The translations under genes and the position numbers were made by a program. A DNA stretch of 64,000 bases. Origin: Antedon mediterranea (taxonomy: Eukaryota; Animalia; Echinodermata). Of the stretch, positions 37,801-49,800 are shown one piece after another. The stretch spans positions 24,941,365 to 25,005,364 of the forward strand of contig NC_092678.1 in NCBI RefSeq assembly GCF_964355755.1, given 5' to 3'. Under the pieces are notes generated by a model. The model ran no database searches. It was given only the letters and a program-made list of their open reading frames with translations, and was not told where the DNA came from. Position 1 is the stretch's first letter, and each line of letters begins with the position of its first letter.

Positions 37801-38236
37801 GAGAAAGGTAGGTCTTATACCACGTTATAAGGATCGTACTGATGGCCTATCACCACTCCACACTGATTTTATCATAAGGACCGTACTGATGGCCTATCAC
37901 CACTCCACACTGATTTTATCATAAGGACCGTACTGATGGCCTATCACCACTCCACACTGATTTTTTTTGTAAATAGAAACATTTAATCTGTGTCCCCAGC
38001 CAGCTCCTCAAACATTTAGCTGGTAATAATTGTTCATTTCATTTCATTAATTTCAATTGTTGGATCTAGACATTAGAATGTTAGTAAAGCCGAAAACCAA
38101 ACATGAGTTTTATTTCTTTTCAGAGAGGCAACAACACATAATAGCATCGAAAACAGTTTATGGAGAGAAAGGTTCAACCTGCTTGAAGGAAAGTGAATTA
38201 ATGCACTCAACAGTACAACTGTTCGTAGTTGCCTAA
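34900..38236 (+). CDS. Secreted single-domain C-type lectin (QPN/WND)
   Basis: Exons 34900-34981 (signal peptide), 36970-37236 (CLSLW...NCYRVF...W...C...LATI...LWIGFNDIEHEGVWQW), 37661-37807 (NWASHQPNN...DCATI...WNDRNC...FVCEK), 38124-38236 (tail, TAA); all introns are phase 1. Probable 5'UTR exon ends at 34290. Confidence 0.9.
34999..36550. repeat. 16-bp minisatellite (TGGTCATCTTAYCACA), ~97 units, lectin intron 1
   Basis: Directly visible. Confidence 0.97.
37827..37965. repeat. ~47-bp tandem repeat x3
   Basis: ATAAGGACCGTACTGATGGCCTATCACCACTCCACACTGATTTT. Confidence 0.9.
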
Positions 38237-40020
38237 GACTGTCTGTCTGTCTGTCTGAACTGTCTAGACTTTCTGTCTGTCTGTCTGAACTGTCTAGACT
38301 GTATGTCTGTCTGAACTGTCTACAGTCTGTCTGTCTAAGACTGTCTGTCTGTCTGTCTGAAGTGTCTAGACTGTCTGTCTGCCTGAACTGTTTAGACTGT
38401 CTGTCTGTAGACTGTTTGAACTGTCTAGATTGTCTGTCTGTCTAAGACTGTCTGTCTGTCTGTCTGTCTGAAATGTCTAGACTGTCTGTCTGTCTATACT
38501 GTCTGTCTGTCTGTCTGAACTGTCTATACTGTCTGTCTGTCTGAACTGTCTAGACTGTCTGTCTAGACTGTCTGTCTGTCTGAACTGTCTAGACTGTCTG
38601 TCTGTCTAGACTGTCTGTCTGTCTGAACTGTCTAGACTGTCTGTCTGTCTAAACTGTCTGTCTGTCTAGACTTTCTGTCTGTCTGAACTGTCTAGACTGT
38701 CTGTCTGTCTGAACTGTCTGTCGGAACTGTCTAGACTGTCTGTCCATCTAGACTGTCTGTCTGAACTGTCTAGACTGTCTGTCTGTCTGAACTGTCTGTC
38801 TGAACTGTCTAGACTGTCTGTCCATCTAGACTGTCTGTCTGAACTGTCTAGACTGTCTGTCTGTCTAGACTGTCTGTCTGTCTGTCTGAACTGTCTAGAC
38901 TGTCTGTCTGTTTAGACTGTCTGTCTGTCTGAACTGTCTAGACTGTCTGTCTGTCTAGACTTTCTGTCTGTCTGAACTGTCTAGACTGTCTGTCTGTCTG
39001 TCTGTCTGTCTAGACTGTCTGTCTGTCTAGACTTTCTGTCTGTCTGAACTATCTAGACTGTCTGTCTGTCTAGACTGTCTGTCTGTCTGAACTGTCTAGA
39101 CTGTCTGTCTGTCTAAACTGTCTGTCTGTCTAGACTTTCTGTCTGTCTGAACTGTCTAGACTGTCTGTCTGAACTGTCTGTTTGAACTGTCTAGACTGTC
39201 TGTCCATCTAGACTGTCTGTCTGAACTGTCTAGACTGTCTGTCTGTCTAGACTGTCTGTCTGTCTGAACTGTCTAGACTGTCTGTCTGTTTAGACTGTCT
39301 GTCTGTCTGAACTGTCTAGACTGTCTGTCTGTCTGTCTAGACTTTCTGTCTGTCTGAACTGTCTAGACTGTCTGTCTGTCTGTATAGACTGTCTGTCTGT
39401 CTAGACTTTCTGTCTGTCTGAACTATCTAGACTGTCTGTCTGTCTAGACTGTCTGTCTGTCCGAACTGTCTAGACTGTGTGTCTATCTGAACTTTCTAGA
39501 CTGTCTGTCTGTCTAGACTGTCTGTCTGTCTGAACTGTCTAGACTGTTTGTCTGTCTTGACAGTCTGTCTGTCTGAACTGTCTAGACTGTCTGTCTGTCT
39601 AGACTGTCTGTCTGAACTGTCTGGACTGTCTGTCTGTCTAGACTGTCTGTCTGTCTGAACTGTCTAGACTGTCTGTCTGACTAGACTGTCTGTCTGACTA
39701 GACTGTGTGTCTGTCTGAACTGTCTAGACTGTCTATCTGTCTAGACTGTCTGTCTGTCTGAACTGTCTACTGTATGTCTGTCTAAGACTGTCTGTCTGTC
39801 TGTCTGAACTGTCTAGACTGTCTGTCTGTCTAGACTGTCTGTCTGTCTGTCTGTCTGAACTGTCTAGACTGTCTGTCTGTCTAGACTGTCTGTCTGTCTG
39901 TCTGAACTGTCTAGACTGTCTGTCTGTCTAGACTATCTGTCTGAACTGTCTAGACTGTCTGTCTGTCTGAACTGTCTAGACTGTCTGTCTGTCTAGACTG
40001 CCTGTCTGTCTGAACTGTCT
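38236..40020. repeat. (CTGT)n-based compound satellite
   Basis: CTGT runs interspersed with CTAGA and CTGAA; starts at the lectin stop codon. Confidence 0.95.
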
Positions 40021-40612
40021 ATTCTTTAATCCATGTTTAAACTAAGATTAATAAAAAATGCTCAATATTATAACGAATAAGTTGAGTTAATTTCTACTAT
40101 TTTCGAGCAAACACACCACTCTACAGTAGTAATCCCAGTTTAATAGTTCTTATATCCGATTAATATTATAATCTATTCTCCATGCATCCATCTTTTATTT
40201 ATTATTCATTTAATTCTTAATTACACTAATATAATAGCACCTCCCTCATAAGTAGACAACTACTTGCTTTTAAACACATTTATTTAGTGATAATATAGGT
40301 GAATAACAAAAGTTGATTTTCAACATTTTAATTTTATGATAGCAGCACAAAATACAACTACCCTCTTTATTGGTAATCATTGTTGAATGGTTCCCGTACT
40401 GTCTGATAGTTATATATGCCGATAGCAGAAATAATCTGCGATAGGTTACGATAGTATTTATTTATCAACATGGTATAAATACAATATTATTCATTAAAGT
40501 AAGTATCCCAGCACCTCCTTATGGGTAAACCACTCTCATTGCTTTTAAACAAATTTATTTGAATATAATATAATATTGAAACATTTAGACAGTTGTGGAA
40601 AGCCATACTATA

Positions 40613-41425
40613 CAGAGCCATATATATGAGTTACGACATTGGATTTAGTCACGTGATATGAAGATCAATTTGTGTCAAACTTGTCTCCGTTAATTCATGT
40701 AAAGTATAGGAGCAAGAAAATATTTTAAACTTTTTCTTATTAAAAAAAAAATGTCATTGCACATTTTACGGTGAAATATCGATGTGCACAGTGTACAGAA
40801 GTACTTGCGGCAAAGAATATTGCGCGCGCGTGCGCTAGTAAATTATAAAGTTCGATTGATTGATTTTGGAACGAAACATCCCATATATACGTCCTATTAA
40901 TAACAATTATGTAATATTTTCAATTCATAATGCATGCTTTGATGACTAAATAAAAATAATAAAGTGTCGTGGATATATTTGTTAATATATTGAATAGGGT
41001 ATGAACAATATTAAAATAATAAAGGCAAATTATTACAAAAGAAATAATGAACGAGTCTCTGAAAGTTTGTATCAAAAACACACGGAGAGCATTATACTGT
41101 ATAAAAAGAGGGGGGAATTTGTATTGGTTCATGCTTTGATGTATCCTGACTTGCATGTAGGCCCTAGCATTTATTCTTTTGTTATTATAGACACAATATA
41201 TATATGATACCAAATTAATACCATTAATAAAATTAATTACTAAAATAAAAACGGAATATAAGCGTTATTTCATAGGCAAAAACATCTAAAAATAATGCAT
41301 GAACTACAGGAAAACGCTATATAAAATAGACGCGCGCGCCCTCAGCGTGCAAATTCTTTGACACAAAAATGGCTTCTAATTTTCAATATGTCGTAACTCT
41401 TTATATTATTATAATTATGGCTCTG
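40613..41425. mobile_element. Degenerate TIR element
   Basis: CAGAGCCATA...GAGTTACGACAT at left mirrored by ATGTCGTAACTC...TATGGCTCTG at right; no clean TSD. Confidence 0.5.
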
Positions 41426-41438
41426 GAGCTATATTTCC

Positions 41439-44267
41439 TATACCATCCTGGCTAGTTGAGAATTCTCAACTATTTTATGTTTTTTTCTACCTTTCTGGAA
41501 AATGATATAATCCAAATTGTATTAATACTACCAGTAATACATATTTAGAAACACTTGCATACCTTCACAAATTTTAGTTGTTTGTAGTTTAAGACAATCT
41601 TAGTGATATTTAAATGAAAACAATACGATAAAAACTATTGTGTCTGTATTTTACAAGACTATGACTTCCGTATAACGTGCATTGTGGGTACTTCAATTTT
41701 TATAGAAAAGCTAGGGAATCCTAATTTAGTAGGCAGCATATGGGGGCGGGGCGCGGGCAACCAAACTTGCTTATCAAATCAAAGCACAGTAAAGCAAAGG
41801 ATAAAAGTAATGTACGATCCCGTTTAACACTGTTCTCAACTATAGTCATTTTGGTATACTTGAGCACAGTGATAAAGAATAGGATAAACTTAACAATATA
41901 CAACAAATAACATTAATGTACGATCCAGTTTAACACTGTTCTCAACTATAGTCATTTTGGTATACTTGAGAACAGTGATAAAGAATAGGATAAACTTAAC
42001 ATTATACAACAAATAACATTAATGTATGATCCCGTTTAACACTGTTCTCAACTATAGTCATTTTGGTATACTTGAGCACAGTGATAAAGAATAGGATAAA
42101 CTTAACAATATACAACAAATAACATTAATGTACGATGTAGTTTAACACTGTTCTCAACTATAGTCATTTTGGTATACTTGAGCACAGTGATAAAGAATAG
42201 GATAAACTTAACAATATACAACAAAAAACATTAATGTACGATCCCGTTTAACACTGGATCGTACATTAATGTTTTTTGTTGTATATTTTTAAGTTTATCC
42301 TATTCTTTATCACTGTGCCCAAGTATACCAAAATGACTATAGTTGAGAACAGTGGTAAACTGGATCGTACATTAATGTTATTTGTTGTATATTATTAATT
42401 TTATCCTATTCTTTATCACTGTGCTCAAGTATACCAAAATGACTATAGTTGAGAACAGTGTTAAACGGGATCGTACATTAATGTTATTTGTTGTATATTG
42501 TTAAGTTTATCCTATTCTTTATCACTGTTCTCAAGTATACCAAAATGACTATAGTTGAGAACAGAATTAAACTGGATCGTACATTAATGTTTTTTGTTGT
42601 ATTATTGCTAAGTTTATCCTATTCTTTATCACTGTGCTCAAGTATACCAAAATAACTATAGTTGAGAACAGTGTTAAACTGGATCGTACATTAATGTTTT
42701 TTGTTGTATATTTTTAAGTTTATCCTATTCTTTATCACTGTGCTCAAGTATACCAAAATGACTATAGTTGAGAACAGTGTTAAACTGGATCGTACATTAA
42801 TGTTTTTTGTTGTATATTTTTAAGTTTATCCTATTCTTTATCACTGTGCTCAAGTATACCAAAATGACTATAGTTGAGAACAGTGGTAAACTGGATCGTA
42901 CATTAATGTTATTTGTTGTATATTATTAAGTTTATCCTATTCTTTATCACTGTGCTCAAGTATAACAAAATGACTATAGTTGAGAACAGTGTTAAACGGG
43001 ATCGTACATTAATGTTTTTTGTTGTATATTGTTAAGTTTATCCTATTCTTTATCACTGTTCTCAAGTATACCAAAATGACTATAGTTGAGAACAGTGTTA
43101 AACTGGATCGTACATTAATGTTTTTTGTTGTATATTTTTAAGTTTATCCTATTCTTTATCACTGTGCTCAAGTATACCAAAATGACTATAGTTGAGAACA
43201 GTGTTAAACTGGATCGTACATTAATGTTTTTTGTTGTATATTTTTAAGTTTATCCTATTCTTTATCACTGTGCCCAAGTATACCAAAATGACTATAGTTG
43301 AGAACAGTGGTAAACTGGATCGTACATTAATGTTATTTGTTGTATATTATTAATTTTATCCTATTCTTTATCACTGTGCTCAAGTATACCAAAATGACTA
43401 TAGTTGAGAACAGTGTTAAACGGGATCGTACATTAATGTTATTTGTTGTATATTGTTAAGTTTATCCTATTCTTTATCACTTTTCTCAAGTATACCAAAA
43501 TGACTATAGTTGAGAACAGTGTTAAACTGGATCGTACATTAATGTTTTTTGTTGTATTATTGCTAAGTTTATCCTATTCTTTATCACTGTGCTCAAGTAT
43601 ACCAAAATGACTATAGTTGAGAACAGTGTTAACCTATTCTATCACTGTGCTCAAGTATACCAAAATGACTATAGTTGAGAACAGTGTTAAACGGGATCGT
43701 ACATTGTTGTTGTATATTGTTAAGTTTATCCTATTCTTTATCACTGTGCTCAAGTATACCAAAATGACTATAGTTGAGAACAGTGTTAAACGGGATCGTA
43801 CATTAATGTTATTTGTTGTATATTGTTAAGTTTATCCTATTCTTTATCAATGTGCTCAAGTATACCAAAATGACTATAGTTGAGAACAGTGTTAAACTAC
43901 ATCGTACATTAATGTTATTTGTTGTATATTGTTAAGTGTATTCTTTATTCTTATTAATTGTACTAAATTATTAAAAGAAACAGTAGTAAGCATAACATTT
44001 CCCCACTCCTACATTAGCATGGTAGGACATTGTAATGGTCGCAGGTGGCTCAACTTTATTACTGCAATGGGATGGACATGGTCCTACTACCACCTTACCA
44101 TCCAATAGGATTCCAGTAAATTTCCTTTACTACCAATCATAATTCAGTAATTAAATGACCCCTTAAGTTAACAAGGAAATCAGCCTATCCCATTATACCG
44201 GTAGGCTTCGTCGTTACAGGCGTACTGCGGTAATAGTTGAGAATTCTCAACTAGCCAATTTGGTATA
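41439..44267. mobile_element. Foldback-like TIR element containing an inverted 106-bp satellite
   Basis: 36-bp TIRs (41439-41474 and 44232-44267, 3 mismatches), each with palindrome TAGTTGAGAATTCTCAACTA, TA at the outer ends. Confidence 0.7.
41809..43945. repeat. 106-bp tandem repeat in two opposed blocks (~4 + ~16 units)
   Basis: GTACGAT recurs at 41812, 41918, 42130 and 42236 (variant at 42024); orientation flips at ~42245-42255. Confidence 0.95.
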
Positions 44268-46803
44268 TTTTATATACCTGGGCTCTGATACAATATTATT
44301 ACTAGCGCCCTCTCAATTATTACGAAATTCCTTCTCCTCCATTTTTACGTTGGATATCGATGGCAACAGGATGCCGTATTGAAAAAAGTACTAAAACACC
44401 ACGAAAGTTTGCTTTACAACAAATTCGTAGCCAGCATGGTATTACAAATGAACAGGGCTAACATTTAGTATAACATCAGTTAAAAGTAAGATAGATAAAC
44501 GTCTTATTATAAGTGCGATATTATTATTTATTGGCTAGGCCTAGCTAGGCTACTAGGGTAGGTATGTCAAGAAAAATTTCAAATTTATTTGATTTTAACC
44601 AAACTATTTTTTTATAATTCTATTTAAAAAATGGAATTCAACAAAGTTTAAATGAACAAAATCAGTCAACTATTTTTTTTTATACGATTTCTTTTAATAA
44701 TCAAATTCGGTGATAAATTGTATATACAAAGTATACAAAATTTTGTGACCTTTCTTTTACTTCTGAAAATATAAAGTCATAACTTTTTTGTTTGTATTTC
44801 TTTTTTAATTCTTTTTTCACACCAGTTGAATATCAAACTGATAACATCAAACACAATACATTCATCTGTATATCAAGATGATTTAGAAAAAAAATGTATT
44901 TAAACTTTACCCCCTCCCCAATAATAGAAATACTGGAACCATAAACATAGCATATTTTAACACATAAAATCATTTGAAATTTGTTATTCACACAGGTTGA
45001 ATGACAAGATCATGTATCTACACTGTACATTAAGATGAATTAAAAATAAATTATATTTAAACGTTACCCCCCTCCCGCAAAATAGATATTTGAACCATAA
45101 ACATAGCATATTTTAACACATAAAAATCATTTGAATTTTTTTTTACACAGGTTAATTGGCAAGATCATGTAACTATACTGTACATCAAGATGAATTAGAA
45201 ATAAATGATTTAAAACTTTATCCCCCTCCCAGAAGATACAGGAAACAATTATATAGAGTACTGCTTATTGCGTTAATAAATCGCCTTTTACTTTTACTGG
45301 TAGCATTCTCTTCTCTTTTTTATGTGTTCCTGACATTTCTATAAAAAAATAAAATATAATCATATTACTATAACATTTTTCAAAACATACAAAATCAAGT
45401 TTAAACAATAAATAAATATTAAATAAAATTCTATATTACTTTCAATTAATAGAATGGTCTTACCAGACAAATGGTTGAAATAATAGTTGGATTTCTTGAT
45501 TCTTGAAATTAAAGTCTGATATCTACTGTAAATAAAGCAAAATAAAAAGTTAAAATAAAACAAAAGATGATTATTCCTTATACTATTGAAATCATCCAAT
45601 GGCAGACCACCATTATGGTCACGTGGCATATATCAGCCAATAACAGAATAGTACACCGCCATATGCAATTTCCAAAACCACACTAGTTATTTCAAATGGT
45701 GTTTTAATCTTAAATTATCTAATTAATTACATTGGAATCTAAACAAATATCGTATAAAATAATAATAATTAATATTTATATTTGACATTTTAGTCACAAA
45801 TCTGGCTATAGTACGTCGATTTCATAAAAAATATGGCATTTTTAATCTGCTTTAACATGCACTATTCATTGAATATAGTGTATTGAACAACATACATTCT
45901 CAACCCCCAGCTCTGAAGTTGGGTTATTTGTTGTGGGCTAAACTGTGATTGATTAACGATCAATTTCCTTCAAACTTAGTAGGAATACTGTTTATATTAT
46001 AAAGAAAAATACAGGATATTTTTTGAAAAAGACAATACTTACGAAATGTGTAAAATTAATGCGTTTTTCCAATGCTAAAATTAACTTGTGTACCACGTCG
46101 CGATCGCTTTTCTAAAAATGTTGTTTTTTTGACAAAAATAAACTTTGACCTGTTCACTATGTAAACAAGTTCAAAGGTTAGTGAAATTCAGCCAATAAGC
46201 ATTTTAAATTAATTTTTTAAATCAAGCACCTATATGAAGACGAAAAAAACAGGAACGAGTTTCCCGACGAAACCCACAGTGTGTGACGTCACGTATCTTG
46301 ACATACCTAACTAGGGCCTACTACTAGCTAGAGGCCTAGGCTAGGCCTACGAGCGAGGGCCTACCTAGGCTAGGCCTAGCCTCGGCCTATATAGATAGGC
46401 CTAGGCATAGCTATATCCCGGCTAGACTAGGCCTACCACCACAAAAGTAGGCCTAAGTATAGTGGTTTATACCAGCACCGGACATGCATCATGGTTGGGC
46501 GCGCTCATCTATCTTATGGCCTTGTACAGTCGGTAAAGTAGGCCTACTATATAAAACCATAGAGATATTATAGTGAACAAATGTCTCTATGATAAAACAA
46601 AGATGATTGTATAAAGCATGTATTCGACCTAGCCTATATATAGCATTATAGCCTAATTTTAGACAGCGTATCCTCATCATAACAAGACCAGGTATGGATA
46701 AAAGAAAAGAAAGAATACAGTATATATACTAACTTTTGTAAAGAATACCACCTGTTCCATTTTTTTCATCTCAAATTGTTTTTTTTTACAGTTTGTAACT
46801 GGA

Positions 46804-49800
46804 ATGTCTTCAGGCCTAACAAGCTCAACCGGACAACACATCTCGTCCATTGTTAAGCCGACATCTAAGTACAATGTGTTGTCAAACGGTCTGCGTCAGA
46901 TCACGCCAGGTCCTGTCGTGTGCTCTATGTTCTGTGGTGGTAAAGGCTGCAAGTATGACAATCCTAGTAAATGGTCTGAGGATCAGATGGCTGTCCGAGG
47001 GTTATATTCTTCTTGGTAAGCAGGGCTTTGAGTTTGTGTGCAGTACAGTAGCTAGGATTCTTAGATACTGTCAGCTGCGTAACGCAGGGGGAAAGGCTCC
47101 TAATTGATTGCACTCCTAAAAAGGCTCTCCATTGCTCTGGGTCCCCTGGGGTTAGCTAGTGAACACCGATAGGTAAGATAAATAATAGAAAATTTATTTA
47201 TAGTAAATCACTTAAATGATAATGTTAAATTTCAGGGTAACAGATGAGATATTAGCGACGTCCAGACCATCCACAGAAGCCATCAACAAATATGACATCA
47301 TACCTCAGTTTAAAGCGTAAGTCTTCAAAGGAATCAATAAATTAACAAGTATTTATTATTTTTGTAAACTTCATTCGCCAATTATAGGATGGATAAGTCT
47401 CATTTGAGGCTTAGTTAGTGGAGTTGAAAGAGTCATGAGTTACACCCCTGGCACTAAGGTCAGGATTGAACCCTGGAACTTGGGATTAAAAGGCAAGCAT
47501 GTTAAACACCAAGCTACAGCGCCACTACATTATTAACATACTGCTATATTATCTGTATTAATTTCAAATCGATTTCTTTAGAGCTGGTATTAAATCCATA
47601 ATCAACTTGCAAACAGCCGGTGAGCACGCAAGTTGTGGCAACCCTCTGGAACCAAGTGGATTCTCTTATGACCCTGAAGACTTCATGCAGGAAGATAGTA
47701 CGTTTACATTTACAGATAGAACACACCCTTTTCACAGCCCCTACCAACACTATGGAGTGTACAGACACTGCTAGGGAACAACACCATACAAAGCATTGGT
47801 GTTGACACCCTGGTGTCTGTTAAACTCTGGGGTTCATTGGTGTTGACACCCTGGTGTCTGTTAAACTCTGGGGTTCATTGGTGTTGACACCCTGGTGTGT
47901 GTTAAACTCTGGGGTTCATTGGTGTTGACACCCTGGTGTCTGTTAAACTCTGGGGTTCATTGGTGTTGACACCCTGGTGTCTGTTAAACTCTGGGGTTCA
48001 TTGGTGTTGACACCCTGGTGTCTGTTAAACTCTGGGGTTCATTGGTGTTGACACCCTGGTGTGTGTTAAACTCTGGGGTTCATTGGTGTTGACACCCTGG
48101 TGTCTGTTAAACTCTGGGGTTCATTGGTGTTGACACCCTGGTGTCTGTTAAACTCTGGGGTTCATTGGTGTTGACACCCTGGTGTCTGTTAAACTCTGGG
48201 GTTCATTGGTGTTGACACCCTGGTGTCTGTTAAACTCTGGGGTTCATTGGTGTTGACACCCTGGTGTCTGTTATAAACTCTGGGGTTCGTGTGAAATGGC
48301 TATACTTATTAATATTTATTAAACTCAATTGAAGACCTCCAATTAAAAGCCCCTTCAATTAGAGACTTACTTCGAGACCACATTTCTGTGTTAAAGAAGA
48401 CATCCTTTAAATCCTACACCAAGATAGATGTTGTTAGATCAAACAAATTATTATTATCAAACATTATTTTTGTTTCTGTGAATATTTCGTAAAGTATAAA
48501 ATTATTCTTGATATTTGTTCATCTTTTCGTAGTATTTTGCTATAACTTTGGCTGGGATGATTACGGTGTCCGTGCGTTGGCGTCCATTTTGGATATGATA
48601 AAAGTGATGGACTTTGCTGTGCAGCAAGGAAAGGTAAGATTTCCGACCTACGTTGGGTCAATTGATGTGTCATCAATCGTCACCTGCACTGCAAAGTAAG
48701 AGCTGGAGAATGAGGTAACACTTCTCAATATCCCCACATGAATTAATAGCATGACATAGTTTGGTTGTGAGCCGTTGCAATTGAAAGCTCTCTGTCGAAG
48801 GAGACAAAAGAAAGATGACACACATTCATGCCTGCCTTCTTTCTTTTATTAAATTTTTCACACTTCAAAAATAATACAAGTTATGTGAAACAATGATAAC
48901 AGGTATCATAGTAATAAACCGTAAGGTAATCAAACTAATTAAAAAAAATATATAGAGATACTTGTACTTGGCAGTTTCTTATTCAAACTTTATCTTTGCT
49001 TTCAGGTCGCAGTTCACTGTCACGCTGGTCTTGGAAGGACAGGTGTTCTGATCGCATGTTATTTAATTTACAGTCGACGCATGGACGCTGACCATGCTAT
49101 TCACTACGTACGAGAGAAAAGGTAATTTAAAAATTCATCATTCATATACTATATAATAGTATTTATTGTCATTTAAACAACAAATATGAAATTTGATTTG
49201 AATTTAACATACAATTTGACAAATTCAAAATACAAAACATCGTAACCAATGATGCATGTAAAATAAATAGTAAAAGAAGTTGTTATTGTTCCTGTCATCA
49301 ATATTGCTATACTTTTTAATATGTATTTTTCATGATGTAATTCACTTATTTTTAAATTACCCCATGTTGGATAAATAAAGATTTGTTTACAAAATATCCA
49401 CTTTTTAAAAACTTTTTAATTTTATACACATCCAACAGAGAGTGCAAACTTGCTAATTACAGGATGGATAAACTATTTTATAATGTATTGTGCTTATAAA
49501 CTAAGTCTCATTTGAGGCTTAGGGAGTGGAGTTGAAAGAGTTGTGAGTTACAACTCTGGCACTAAGTCAGGATTGAACCATGGACCTTGGGACTGGAAAT
49601 CACCAAGCTACTGCTCCACTCTTTTCTTATTATTTTTTTTCCTATCATTTTCAGGAAGGGTGCAATACAAACAAAAGGACAGATGGAGTGTTGCCAGCAG
49701 TTTGCTCAATTCCTGATTCCCTTAAGAGTCGTCTTTTCATCCTGGTGAGTCATCAGTTATTATCACTCTGTCTTGTAATCAAGCAAGAACAGACAACATG

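Noticed and set aside
41809-43945. CRISPR-like regular repeats (also 47794-48288)
   Set aside because: No unique spacers, no cas genes, eukaryotic context.
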